The position numbers and the translations under genes are program-made. The notes under the pieces are model-generated. The model was given only the letters and a program-made list of their open reading frames with translations, was not told where the DNA came from and searched no databases. A DNA stretch of 55,177 bases from a virus, in the IMG/VR virus record IMGVR_UViG_3300043331_000267, positions 1 through 55,177 of that record. One strand, 5' to 3'. Below, one piece after another: positions 7,290 through 17,056 of the stretch. Every line of letters begins with the position of its first letter. Within the stretch, counting starts at the first letter, position 1.

Positions 7290-9764
7290 CTAGTTGTCAT
7301 CGCTTGCGTACTCATCCGTTACGCCGCCACCTACCGCCGCAGCCCCTAGAGCGGTTGGACGAGGGGTTAGCCCTTGAATCGCGCGTGTAGCCTGTCCACC
7401 GCGAACACCTCGTGTGACCATGTTGGCCGCACTCAGTGCGGCTGCAGTTTCAACGTTTCCGGTGGCCGCGCCGATAATTCCAAGACGACTGAGCAGCTGC
7501 TGAGCACCTTTGACGAGCACGTTCCCAGAGTTCGAGAAGTTTTCGACACCGCCCTGCGGAATCTTTGCGCGCGCAAGTCGCACGAACTCGTCGATGGCCC
7601 GCCGATCTGTTTCGGAGAAGATCGCTTCCATTTGCTCGCGGCCCGCTCCTCTAAACCATCGCTCGTGCGATGAGACGATGAGACGCGGGCTGATGCCTTC
7701 GCCCTTCAGCGCTGGTCGGAATACATATTCCAACGCACCTTGCTTGAGCGCCTGATGCGCCGGGCTGTTCTCTCCATTGATCTGCAAAATCCGCTGTGTG
7801 AGCGCTCGATTCTGAACTGCCTTTCGAATCACTTCCTCACCGGTGACGTTGTCCGAACGCAACCAGTTACGTACCTCACGACCAGCGAACTGCTCGGCTT
7901 GCCCAGCCTGCTTATCCACGCCATACAGCTGCTGGAATCGCCCAAATAGCTGCCGCCCCGCCCGCCACGCCTCCACCGCCGCTGGATCACCAGTAACACG
8001 ACCGGACTCAAGCGCGCCGTCCACCATTTCATCGAACTGATTGCGAAGGATGTCTAGCCCCATGCGATCGGTCGCATCGGCTGACTTCCACTGCGCATTG
8101 ATGAGCTTGCGCATGTTTTCAAGCTTCTCCAGCGGTATTCTTCGAGGTGCTTCTCGGCCGGCTTCCTCCATGAACACAAGACGACCTCGCAGGTTGTCCA
8201 GCATCTTGGCCGTCTGTGGATACAGATTCGGGTCGTAGTCGACCGCTTCCTTTAGAACGTCCTCTGATTGGCTGAGAAACTGGCGGTAATTACGCGCGTC
8301 GAGTGATGCGCCGAGCTCGCGAGCTGTGTGATATGCGCCTCGGTACGCGGACCTTGCCGCCGCTCCGCGCGCTTGGGTGGAAGTGATAACCGCCTGTCCA
8401 GACTGAGCTACATCCGCGGGCGCTTGACCACCAACCTGTCGGCGAAGCAATCCGAATCCACTTTCGCCGCCCTCGCCACGAAGCGCTGCGGTCGATTCTC
8501 GATCAGCAGTACGCATGATTTCGCCGGCCCGCGTCGTGATATCCATCTTGCGCAGGTTTTCCTCAAGACTCTGCTGGGCGTAGTCGTCGGTCAGCTCGCC
8601 GCGAGTCAACGGCACACGGAATCGCTGAGACAGCGCCTGGCGCTCTGTGGCCGTACCGAGCTGCTCATCCGGCAAGCCCGCCGCCGTCGCGCGACGCGCA
8701 GCTGATTCAAGCTGGCGCGCAAGCTCCGGCGTCATCTGATCAGGATCCAGGCCGGCCTGTTGTGCGAGCCTTCGTCCAACTTCAGTTAGCGTGCCATTCT
8801 GGACAGCGCCGGGCTGATTGCGAATCGCCTGCCACAGCTGCGCACCTCGTTGTGTTAGCCAGTTGATCGAAGGAGCAATAACGAGTTCGCCAGCTGCTTG
8901 GCCTGCTCCGCTAGCAATGCCTGTCGCCGCTGCTTTTTCAATGTCAACACCCTGCTCTGATCCCTGCGGAATAGCCGCTAGATCCTCGACAACACTCGTC
9001 GCAGCGCCACCTGCGGCAGCAAGACCTATGCGAGCAGCCAGATTGCTGCCCATCGTAGCTAGCCTGCCCGCTGGCAAATATTTTGCGACCTGAGCGAGCG
9101 AATCCATCACGCCGCTCATTGTCACGCCGGGCTTGTCGATATACCCGACCTCCCCTTTGTAACTGACGATCTCGCGCCCGGTGTTTGGATCCACATCGAT
9201 ACGCGCGCCTGGAAGCACCCTACGAATGATGTCCGCTCGTGCCTTGGCCGATGGAGTCGTCAGATAACCCAGCGCGAGACGCCATTGCTGGCCTTCTGTG
9301 GCTTTCTTGGCGTCGAATTCACCCAGAGTCGAGTAGTCGATGGGCTTTTCGTTGAAGCGATCAATAATCGGCTGCCCATCAGACGCAGTCGGTATGTCAA
9401 AACGGTCGACGAACTCAGGCTTCTTTGTAGAAGCTAGCTTTGACTGTGTCGCGCCGCCCTTCGCAGATCTGCTCTTTGCAGCAGATTCCGCCTTATCGAC
9501 CGATTGAAAACGCGGAAATGCGCGGCCCGATGATTGCTCATACGACAGTGCAAGCTCTGCTAACTCATCATCGGAATATGTACCGAGATCGACAGGACCA
9601 CGCTCACCCCACCAGAGACTTGGAACATTTGCCCATCCGGAAGGTGTCTGTACCGTCCTGGTCAGTTCGGTGCTAAACGAGCCATCGGCATTAGCGCGCG
9701 GCTTGTCCAGCTTTGGATCAAACGGGCGCAGCGATTGCGGGACTCGATCACTTGCCTGCGGCAT
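7290..9764 (-). CDS. Large internal virion / DNA-ejection protein (824 aa)
   Basis: Occupies the position of P22 gp16/gp20-class ejection proteins between the hub and the fibres. Long helical Ala/Gln/Arg-rich protein. Confidence 0.65.
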   Translation of the reverse strand: MPQASDRVPQSLRPFDPKLDKPRANADGSFSTELTRTVQTPSGWANVPSLWWGERGPVDLGTYSDDELAELALSYEQSSGRAFPRFQSVDKAESAAKSRSAKGGATQSKLASTKKPEFVDRFDIPTASDGQPIIDRFNEKPIDYSTLGEFDAKKATEGQQWRLALGYLTTPSAKARADIIRRVLPGARIDVDPNTGREIVSYKGEVGYIDKPGVTMSGVMDSLAQVAKYLPAGRLATMGSNLAARIGLAAAGGAATSVVEDLAAIPQGSEQGVDIEKAAATGIASGAGQAAGELVIAPSINWLTQRGAQLWQAIRNQPGAVQNGTLTEVGRRLAQQAGLDPDQMTPELARQLESAARRATAAGLPDEQLGTATERQALSQRFRVPLTRGELTDDYAQQSLEENLRKMDITTRAGEIMRTADRESTAALRGEGGESGFGLLRRQVGGQAPADVAQSGQAVITSTQARGAAARSAYRGAYHTARELGASLDARNYRQFLSQSEDVLKEAVDYDPNLYPQTAKMLDNLRGRLVFMEEAGREAPRRIPLEKLENMRKLINAQWKSADATDRMGLDILRNQFDEMVDGALESGRVTGDPAAVEAWRAGRQLFGRFQQLYGVDKQAGQAEQFAGREVRNWLRSDNVTGEEVIRKAVQNRALTQRILQINGENSPAHQALKQGALEYVFRPALKGEGISPRLIVSSHERWFRGAGREQMEAIFSETDRRAIDEFVRLARAKIPQGGVENFSNSGNVLVKGAQQLLSRLGIIGAATGNVETAAALSAANMVTRGVRGGQATRAIQGLTPRPTALGAAAVGGGVTDEYASDDN

Positions 9765-11019
9765 ATCGCTGCCTCCACTGCGCCATGATCTCGTCCTCGC
9801 TCATGCCGGGATTGTCTTCGCGCATGGCATCGGCGAACTCGTTCCAAAACACGAGGCGTCCGCTGTTCGGGTTCTTCGCTGCCAGCGGCGTGGAATTCAC
9901 ATAGTCGCGAATAATTGTGCGCCAGCCATCCATCTTTCCTTTCTCTTGGCGGTAATCCTCCGCAAGCTCCGCGAGCAGCGTGTTGCGATCGTTGATCGCA
10001 AGCTTGTATTTAAGGATAAGTTCGTTTGCTTCCTTGGTGTTCTTTGTGTTGCCGAACGTCTCTTGAATGGTCTTGCGATCCGTTTCCGTCTGCGGTCCTT
10101 TCTGCTTGAGCTGTTCCGACAAAACCGTCGACTGCTGCATGGCCTTGTATTGCGCAAGATTGCTAATCTGTGCGACCTTATCGGGAGCGATCGGCACGCC
10201 GAACTCAGAGAAGAACGAATTCGCAGCCGAACGGAAATCTTGCGTCGGTCCCGTAATTGCCGGGCTTGCCAGCATCGCGCGCAGTGTCGTATTTTGATCC
10301 TGCGAAGTCTGTCCAAGCTCCTGCAGCGCCGAGAATGCCTTGCCCTCAGCTGCCCCATATGATTTTTCTGCAGCTGATTCGAATTTTGCACCAGTGCTGA
10401 CCTCAACCAGCGGCTTCTGCGGCCGCGGGCTCACGCCTTCGAGCACGCGCGTACGCCCCGATGTCTTATCGGTCTGGAAGAAAACGTCCTGACCATTCTG
10501 CTGGCCGGCTTCGGGCGCAGAGAATTCAGGCAATAGACCAGCTTTAGCGCCTGCAACGGCTGCTGTCCGTTCAGCTATCGCTCTTGCCTCTTCGTCCGTG
10601 ATCTCATTGACACCCTTGCCTAATTGCTTTGCGACTCTCTCTGCTTCATCTGGCATCAGGATGCGAAAGTAATCAGCGGGTGCCTGTGACGCCAAGACGC
10701 CCTGCGCTTGACCGTAGGATTCCTTGGCCTTTGCAATCTCCTGTGCCTTTATCAGTTGATTTTGCTGTCCTTGGAACGCTTGTACTTGCATTGCACGCTC
10801 TGGATCAGTGGAATATAGCGTTGCAAGCTCATTCGTGCCGCCGCGAAGGTATGCGCCCAGAGCGCCGCGGAACTGCTCATCCCGCTGCATCTGGCCTTGA
10901 GCCTGTTGCATTTGCAGCTGACGCAACTCATTGGCCTGGCGTGCATCCTGCACCTGCTGTGCGCCTTGATATCCAGCAAGCATGTTGGCGCCAATCTGGA
11001 CTGGTCGAATCTCAGCCAT
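9748..11019 (-). CDS. Internal virion / ejection protein (423 aa)
   Basis: Gln/Ala-rich helical protein contiguous with its neighbours in the ejection-protein block. Confidence 0.65.
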   Translation of the reverse strand: MAEIRPVQIGANMLAGYQGAQQVQDARQANELRQLQMQQAQGQMQRDEQFRGALGAYLRGGTNELATLYSTDPERAMQVQAFQGQQNQLIKAQEIAKAKESYGQAQGVLASQAPADYFRILMPDEAERVAKQLGKGVNEITDEEARAIAERTAAVAGAKAGLLPEFSAPEAGQQNGQDVFFQTDKTSGRTRVLEGVSPRPQKPLVEVSTGAKFESAAEKSYGAAEGKAFSALQELGQTSQDQNTTLRAMLASPAITGPTQDFRSAANSFFSEFGVPIAPDKVAQISNLAQYKAMQQSTVLSEQLKQKGPQTETDRKTIQETFGNTKNTKEANELILKYKLAINDRNTLLAELAEDYRQEKGKMDGWRTIIRDYVNSTPLAAKNPNSGRLVFWNEFADAMREDNPGMSEDEIMAQWRQRYAAGK

Positions 11020-12012
11020 TTACGGGCCTCCAGCAAGCGCGTTGTCGAGCGCGCCCCAAGCATCCGGCGCTTGGATGTTGTATCCGCGGCCACCGCGGCC
11101 ATCGAAGTATCCGCCGCGCCACATTCCATACAGCGATGCAAGATCATTCACACCGCCGGTAATCGCGTTGGTCTGGTTGATGATTCCAGAGGCGCGCGCA
11201 TTGCCCTGGCCGAGCAGCAGGTTGCTGACGTTGGTCCCCGTCGTCATCGCAGCGTTACCAGCCTGCGTTGTCGCGGCTTGCCCCATGCCCGCAAGCGCGA
11301 GCTGGCGATTGACGTAGTTCCCGAACTCGCTGGCCGCGAGCCCTTGGCCGTAGTCAGTAATCCCGCGCAGAGCGTTGCCCGAGTACAGACCGCCACGAGC
11401 AGCGGCACTTCCCTGGACGGCGTTCAAGCCTTCATTGAGGCGGAACGTATAGTCGGGCGACTTGTAGAATTCGGAGTAATCCGGACCAGCCAGTTGATTT
11501 CCCCCGCCAGATGCTTCGCGCGCGGCCGCCAATTCATTCATCCGGCCTTGTTCCCAATTTCCCCACAGCGCATTGATGTCCGCGCCCGTATCGTTGATGA
11601 ATCGACCGTTCGGGCCACCGGGCCGCAACGTGCCGATACGCTGGCCACCGTAGTGGACTTCGTACCAGCCGCCGCCAACGTCTTTCGTCGTCGTGCCCGG
11701 CGGTAGCTCGGTATCGCCGATCAGTACCGGCTCCTGTGACCGCATACCGCCGCGCAGGCCACCGTACAGCGGATATTCCTCGTTGGAATAGCCCGGTGCA
11801 GGCTCGTATCCGTAGATGCTACCGAGTGCATTCAGTGCCTGATTGCCGATCTGGCGCTGATTCGCAGTGAGGTTGAGCAGCGTATCGAACTGACGGCGCT
11901 GTTCACCTATCGCGGCATCACCGGCGCGGCCCTGAGCGCGAGCAGCATCTTTCGCGCCCTGGTTTGCCATGTATCCAGCGCCAACAGTTCCAACAAGTGT
12001 CGCGCCGGCCAC
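11020..12012 (-). CDS. Internal virion / ejection protein (330 aa, Gly/Asn/Ala-rich)
   Basis: Motif FYKSPDYTFRLNEGLNAVQGSAAARGGLYSGNALRG...YGQGLAASEF resembles podophage internal proteins (from recollection). Confidence 0.6.
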   Translation of the reverse strand: MAGATLVGTVGAGYMANQGAKDAARAQGRAGDAAIGEQRRQFDTLLNLTANQRQIGNQALNALGSIYGYEPAPGYSNEEYPLYGGLRGGMRSQEPVLIGDTELPPGTTTKDVGGGWYEVHYGGQRIGTLRPGGPNGRFINDTGADINALWGNWEQGRMNELAAAREASGGGNQLAGPDYSEFYKSPDYTFRLNEGLNAVQGSAAARGGLYSGNALRGITDYGQGLAASEFGNYVNRQLALAGMGQAATTQAGNAAMTTGTNVSNLLLGQGNARASGIINQTNAITGGVNDLASLYGMWRGGYFDGRGGRGYNIQAPDAWGALDNALAGGP

Positions 12013-12077
12013 CCAGAAGGACGTAAGTCACCCAACAAGGCGCAGGTTATTGGCCTGCACTTTGTCCATGTTGATTG

Positions 12078-12575
12078 CTAACCCAAATGGCATACGCGCC
12101 TCGCTTGATCGATCATCTCGGGGTCATTCGAAACCAGTTCCGCTTCCGCTTCTTCAACGGTCTTCGCTGTCGTCGCATGCACCGTGATCCATACGGTCTC
12201 CTCACGTGCATACAACACGCGCTTCGTCCCTGGTTTGGTCGTTAGAATGCAAGGCGCCTTGATGCGCTGGAAATCCTGGTCGGTCCACACATCGATTTCA
12301 CCAGTCAGGATGAACGCGAAGTGTTCCTTCAAATGAATCTTGCTCGTGAGCAAGCATCCTTTCTTGATCGTCACCTGCCGCGCATACAGGCCATCGGCGA
12401 AGCGATTGATGAGCGAGAAATCAGCCTGTGGAAGCTTCTTCAGCTGATCCTCGATCTGATACATCTGCCGCTGTGTAGGCAGGGTCTCACCCAGGCCCGA
12501 GATAACCGATGTGGCTTCCGGTCGGAACTCCGCTTGCAGCGGAAGGTTCTCGACGGTGAGCGAATACAACTGCAT
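12078..12575 (-). CDS. Cupin-like beta-barrel protein in the tail/ejection module
   Basis: 165 aa. GLYARQVTIKKGCLLTSKIHLKEHFAFILTGEIDVW...TKPGTKRVLYAREETVWITVH has a cupin-type strand pattern. Confidence 0.5.
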   Translation of the reverse strand: MQLYSLTVENLPLQAEFRPEATSVISGLGETLPTQRQMYQIEDQLKKLPQADFSLINRFADGLYARQVTIKKGCLLTSKIHLKEHFAFILTGEIDVWTDQDFQRIKAPCILTTKPGTKRVLYAREETVWITVHATTAKTVEEAEAELVSNDPEMIDQARRVCHLG

Positions 12576-12898
12576 CAGGCTGGCTCCACGATCATCCAGG
12601 CCACTTGTCTGGTGTCGGCTGCATTAGAACTTGTGATTACGAAACTCGTACCAGCCGTCCGCGCACTCACGGTCAATTCCCCGTGCGTACCGCTGGAGTT
12701 TTGGCCCGATAGAAAGATGCGGCTGTTCGCCTGCACTTTCGTGTTGCTCACCGTGACCGTGCCAGCGACGAGCGTTGCGACACCCATGTATCGATTCGCG
12801 CCGTCCTCGATCTTTAGGAACTCATGCACCAGATTGCGCAGATACCGCGTCCAGTCGCGAATATCGGTCGGTACGGCAACGAAGACGCGCAGACCCAC
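12575..12898 (-). CDS. Small beta-rich tail protein (107 aa)
   Basis: Coupled (1-nt overlaps) between the gp10-like and cupin-like genes. Function is unknown. Confidence 0.55.
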   Translation of the reverse strand: MGLRVFVAVPTDIRDWTRYLRNLVHEFLKIEDGANRYMGVATLVAGTVTVSNTKVQANSRIFLSGQNSSGTHGELTVSARTAGTSFVITSSNAADTRQVAWMIVEPA

Positions 12899-14307
12899 TA
12901 TGCTGCCCGCCTTGTGAACGGACGCGCCCCACGCGCCTCTAATTGCGTGTCGATGATCGTCGCCTTGACCGGGTCGGAGATCGCCCCGCGGTAGACACGG
13001 TCATAGGACGAGCCCAGCTGGTTCCAGAAGACGCGCTGGTTGTGCTCACCGATGCGACCGATCTTCTTGTTCGGCAGCGCCTGCCATGTCCGGCCGCCGT
13101 CGTCCGACACGTCCATCATGATTTCCGGGTCAGAGCCCTGGCCAGATGTCAGCCCGACGCCCGTTTCCATGACGACCTCAAGCCGGTCATGGAAGGCTCG
13201 ATTCGCTTCCGCGTACACCGGCTGATACGTCCATTCCATGCGCTGGGTCGTGCCCCAGTCGGCATAGGTCGTCGGTGACACGTAGCCGATGCGATTGCTG
13301 GACACATCACCGACGAGCTCCAATCCAGCAAACTGCGCATTGCTCCAGGCCAGCCAGTAGGGGTAACCGTACGTCTCGCGCTCGTGCCACTCCTTCGTGG
13401 TGGCGTCATAGACGAATGTTCCTTCGGCGAACTGGAGCACATAGAACAGGTGCCCTTCCTGGGAGTACGAGAATCCGCGGCCACTACCGACCGTGACCGA
13501 TCCAAGCGCTTGCTCAATGCCTGTTTGGCTCACCCGTACCGGTGTTATTCCATCCAAGCGCCTGACGGTGTAATCCGGGGCCAGCCAGAAAACAGTGTTA
13601 TCCTGCCTCGCCGCTGTACGGCCATTGAAGCAGCCCTGCTCGATGTATCCATTGGCAGCCCGGACGAACGGGAACCCGCCGCCGCCCGCCAGTTCCCACA
13701 CCTCAATCGTTTCTTCGCCGAGCAGCAGCACCTGGCGATGATCGACCTTAAGGCCAACGAGGTTATCCGGTGAGCCTTCCGCCGTGGCGAAGTTCAGCGA
13801 GTCGAAGGACGTTGCAGACCCTACGTCCGAACCGAAGAACCGGCCTGAATTGGGCTCTGTGAACAGCAGGTAGTTGTCCAGGAACTCAACATCAGACGCG
13901 CCTCGAGCCGTAAAGTCTGGATCAGAGATCGGCCCAAACGTTGATGTGGTGGTGTCGTAGTAGTACGCGTTCGGCTGATTCACCACGACAATCGTCGTGA
14001 TATTGTTGGCGATGTCCACACGGCTCGACAGCCCAACGTTGCCAATGAGAGTCGACGTTGCGTTGGAGTCGACACGATACAACTCGCTGCCTGAGACGAC
14101 CCACAGATAGCCCAGCGCCTTATGCATGGCAACGATAGGGCCGTTCCCCACTGTGGTCCACGCAGCAATCCCGGGTGCTCTGACGAGCGCGTACGGGGCT
14201 TTTGCGCCAGTGGGTAATTGCTCCGGAAAGCAATTGACCAAGCGTGTAGGACTAGCTGGTCGTGATCTCAAACGATAGCTATGGAATGGCAAATTTAACC
14301 GAGCCAT
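12898..14307 (-). CDS. P22 gp10-like tail hub protein
   Basis: 469 aa (P22 gp10 is 472 aa). The C-terminal pattern (DRLEVVMETGVG...DDGGRTW...RVFWNQLG...VYRG) parallels the gp10 tail end, and the gene order is the same. Confidence 0.75.
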   Translation of the reverse strand: MARLNLPFHSYRLRSRPASPTRLVNCFPEQLPTGAKAPYALVRAPGIAAWTTVGNGPIVAMHKALGYLWVVSGSELYRVDSNATSTLIGNVGLSSRVDIANNITTIVVVNQPNAYYYDTTTSTFGPISDPDFTARGASDVEFLDNYLLFTEPNSGRFFGSDVGSATSFDSLNFATAEGSPDNLVGLKVDHRQVLLLGEETIEVWELAGGGGFPFVRAANGYIEQGCFNGRTAARQDNTVFWLAPDYTVRRLDGITPVRVSQTGIEQALGSVTVGSGRGFSYSQEGHLFYVLQFAEGTFVYDATTKEWHERETYGYPYWLAWSNAQFAGLELVGDVSSNRIGYVSPTTYADWGTTQRMEWTYQPVYAEANRAFHDRLEVVMETGVGLTSGQGSDPEIMMDVSDDGGRTWQALPNKKIGRIGEHNQRVFWNQLGSSYDRVYRGAISDPVKATIIDTQLEARGARPFTRRAA

Positions 14308-14309
14308 CG

Positions 14310-14723
14310 CTAACCCGTGTTCACGTTGAACGGCTCGTCATCGGCGGCCGAGCGCTGTAGGTCCATGTCCATGATCACTTCCTTCGCCGTCAGCTTGTCG
14401 ATGGTCTGCAATCCCATCATGGCCAACGCCACGGTCTCCGCCGGGACAGACGCGCCATAGGACGGCGCGATATGAATCGCGAGGTTATTGACGATACCTA
14501 GGATCGCGGCGTCGGGAACCGTGAGCACATCAGTCACCGTGCCGATCGGGATGTAACCGAGATTGCGACCCTCGCCCTCCCACAACGCCATCATCTGATT
14601 CATCCTGCGGATGCAGAAGTTTTGATCGGCCGCGCTTGGAGTCTCGTTCGCTCTGATGACGTTTATTGCCACGAGCGCGTCGGCAATGATCTGCGACGCG
14701 GCTTGGGAGGTGGGAGTCGCCAC
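14310..14723 (-). CDS. P22 gp4-like head-to-tail adaptor
   Basis: 137 aa. The pattern MNQMMALWEGEGRNLGYIP...NNLAIHIAPSYG parallels P22 gp4 (MMAEWYQDGKGIITGY...LACRIAPDY). Confidence 0.7.
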   Translation of the reverse strand: MATPTSQAASQIIADALVAINVIRANETPSAADQNFCIRRMNQMMALWEGEGRNLGYIPIGTVTDVLTVPDAAILGIVNNLAIHIAPSYGASVPAETVALAMMGLQTIDKLTAKEVIMDMDLQRSAADDEPFNVNTG

Positions 14724-14726
14724 GGA

Positions 14727-14984
14727 TTAAGCGCTCGCCAGAATCCCCAGCGATTCCAGCTTCGCGAGCAGATCGTTGAATTTCGATCGCAGCGAGTCGA
14801 GATCCGTCGTCAGTGCCGTGGTCGTAGATGTGGTCGTCGTGGTATTCGTCGCATCCGCGATCGTGGCCGGTTGTGTCGCTGGCGTAGTGCCGAAGAATCC
14901 AACCGTGCCACCAGACGTGTGCTTGATGACATCCGCATCGATATGCGAAGTCGCAACACCTAAAACTCGTTCACCTGCTGCCAT
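14727..14984 (-). CDS. Thr/Ser-tract mini-protein B (head decoration/fibre-like), paralogue of 16820..17056
   Basis: 85 aa ending GFFGTTPATQPATIADATNTTTTTSTTTALTTDLDSLRSKFNDLLAKLESLGILASA. Confidence 0.75.
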   Translation of the reverse strand: MAAGERVLGVATSHIDADVIKHTSGGTVGFFGTTPATQPATIADATNTTTTTSTTTALTTDLDSLRSKFNDLLAKLESLGILASA

Positions 14985-15576
14985 CGTCGTCGCTCCTATA
15001 GTTACCGCGCCATTCTTTCAGGCCGGTGTGAGTAATCGTGATATCTGGATAGGCCCATACTTGGCCGCCGAGCCGACGCCATTCACGGCAAAACCAAGCG
15101 TCCTCGCCAATCTTTCGCCCGTTCTCGTACGCTGTATCGAAACAACGCTCCATCTGCTCAATTACTCGACGACGGATGCGCATGACGCCAGTCCCCACGT
15201 AAGCGCACTCAAGCATTCCGTCTTGCTCAATACGCTTGCCATCGACACTCAGCAGGTTGACGTTCCATTCCAGCGGATCACAGCGCCGCGGACAGATGGC
15301 GCCAACCACATCAGCATCCAGGCACAGCATCCTGAGCAGGCCGCCGACATCCCATCCCATGTCATCGTCGATAAACATGAGGTCGGTGCAATCGGAGTCG
15401 AGAAACGCCTTAACTTGGGCATTTCTTGCCGCATCAACGAAATTGCTGAACGATAGCGCGTGCCACTGCACCTCAATGCCGGCGAGCGTCAATGCCTTCA
15501 CCGTGTCAATCATCGACTGCACGAACCGAACGCAGACCGAGCCGGTCAGCGAGGGTGTGCAAATCATCAACTTCAT
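14971..15576 (-). CDS. GT-A-type glycosyltransferase (201 aa)
   Basis: Track start is 15603. ATG 15576 gives an ATGA overlap with the upstream stop. DxD motif FIDDDM. Paralogous to the N-terminal half of 15573..16823. Confidence 0.7.
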   Translation of the reverse strand: MKLMICTPSLTGSVCVRFVQSMIDTVKALTLAGIEVQWHALSFSNFVDAARNAQVKAFLDSDCTDLMFIDDDMGWDVGGLLRMLCLDADVVGAICPRRCDPLEWNVNLLSVDGKRIEQDGMLECAYVGTGVMRIRRRVIEQMERCFDTAYENGRKIGEDAWFCREWRRLGGQVWAYPDITITHTGLKEWRGNYRSDDDGSR

Positions 15577-16823
15577 TGGATCAGCGCGAACGACTTCGAA
15601 CACTCGAAGATTTCGAAGCGTCGCCCGCTCTTGCTGCAGTAGTCCTCTACCGCGACACGAGAGGATCGTCGCGCGATGTCATCGACGATGATGGGAGCGC
15701 CCGCAATCTCATCACTCATTAGATCGAACAGGCCGCCACGCTTATCATCGCCTGATGGGCCATCACAGATTGCTAGCGCGTACTTATCCCGCGGAGGATT
15801 GTCATACCACGTCCATCGATCGGCCTGTACCAGCTGCCTTTGATGCACGTGAAGATTGTCGAGTCCATTCTCACGGGCCAGCCGTTCGATTCGGGCCGCC
15901 CATTCCGGGGACTGCTCAAGGCTATGCACGGGTTGATCAGTCGATGCCGCGAGCACGAGGCTGGACAGTCCGGAACCACAATCGAGAATTGGACCCTGTG
16001 CTTTACGAGCCAGCAGTGAACAGGTGAATAACCCCTCTGGCGACATCGCCCAGGTGTTACCCCAGACGTTGTAAAGCTCTAGATATGTCGCGGCGTCTGC
16101 GGTGCCAGCGCGAATCGCCTGTAGCCCTTCCGGGATCGCAACATCTTTGCGCCAAAAATGGCCCACACAGCCGGTCCACAATTTGTCTCCAATGTGGCCG
16201 AGCTGCATCAACGGATCGACATGAACCTTAAAACCAGCAGCACGCGCCTTTCGACAAAACTCGATGTCTCCGCCGCGCCGTGACATCCCATTCAATGTGC
16301 GTTCGAAGATGATTGGGATCATCTTGCGCCCATACCCATCTTCTTTACTGCGATGTTGCTGCACGGTCGGGTAAAGCGCCTCCAGTACACGACGCTTTAT
16401 CTTGAGAAATCCGGTTGGCACACCCTCAACCTCAACCAATCCATGTGCATCCGCCCAGCGCTCGCCTGGAAGTGGCTTAACCGGATAATCCTCATCATCG
16501 TTCTTCAGCGGATAGATGCCGGCGACGATGTCCGCATCGTGTTCGATGAGCTTTCTCAGTTCAGCATCGAGCCAGAAAACATCGGCATCCAAGAAAACCA
16601 ACTGTTCGCAGTCAGTCTCGAGGAAATCGCGAACGAGCCTATTTCTGGAGTCGTCTATGTGGCAATTGCCAGCAAATATTTCCAGATCAAGCCGATGTGG
16701 AATACGCTCTTGTGACGCGAACAGCGAATGAACGAACGGTGCCGACAATCCATTGTAAGCAGGCACCGCAATGAAAGTACCCGGTCCCGTCCGCTGGGAC
16801 CGGAAGTATTGAACGAAGCTCAC
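15573..16823 (-). CDS. Fusion protein: GT-A glycosyltransferase (N) plus class I SAM-dependent methyltransferase (C)
   Basis: 416 aa with a GTG start in a GTGA overlap. DxD motif FLDADV. The C-terminal half carries motif I ILDCGSGLSSLVLAA. Confidence 0.7.
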   Translation of the reverse strand: MSFVQYFRSQRTGPGTFIAVPAYNGLSAPFVHSLFASQERIPHRLDLEIFAGNCHIDDSRNRLVRDFLETDCEQLVFLDADVFWLDAELRKLIEHDADIVAGIYPLKNDDEDYPVKPLPGERWADAHGLVEVEGVPTGFLKIKRRVLEALYPTVQQHRSKEDGYGRKMIPIIFERTLNGMSRRGGDIEFCRKARAAGFKVHVDPLMQLGHIGDKLWTGCVGHFWRKDVAIPEGLQAIRAGTADAATYLELYNVWGNTWAMSPEGLFTCSLLARKAQGPILDCGSGLSSLVLAASTDQPVHSLEQSPEWAARIERLARENGLDNLHVHQRQLVQADRWTWYDNPPRDKYALAICDGPSGDDKRGGLFDLMSDEIAGAPIIVDDIARRSSRVAVEDYCSKSGRRFEIFECSKSFALIQ

Positions 16824-17056
16824 GCGCTAGCCAGCAGTCCGAGCGTTTCGAGCTTCGACAACAGATCGTTGAATTTGGACCGGAGCGAATCCAGATCCGT
16901 GGTCAATGCCGTTGTGGTCGACGTGGTGGTGGTCGTATTGGTTGCATCGGCAATGGTGGCCTGCTGAGCCGCCGGAGTGACACCGAAGAATCCAATCTTT
17001 GTGTCGGCAAACTGCACGCCATCCGCATGCCCGTCACCAACCTGTTGAGCTGCCAT
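16820..17056 (-). CDS. Thr/Ser-tract mini-protein A (head decoration/fibre-like)
   Basis: 78 aa. SD GAGGAG precedes ATG 17056. Ends GFFGVTPAAQQATIADATNTTTTTSTTTALTTDLDSLRSKFNDLLSKLETLGLLASA. Confidence 0.75.
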   Translation of the reverse strand: MAAQQVGDGHADGVQFADTKIGFFGVTPAAQQATIADATNTTTTTSTTTALTTDLDSLRSKFNDLLSKLETLGLLASA

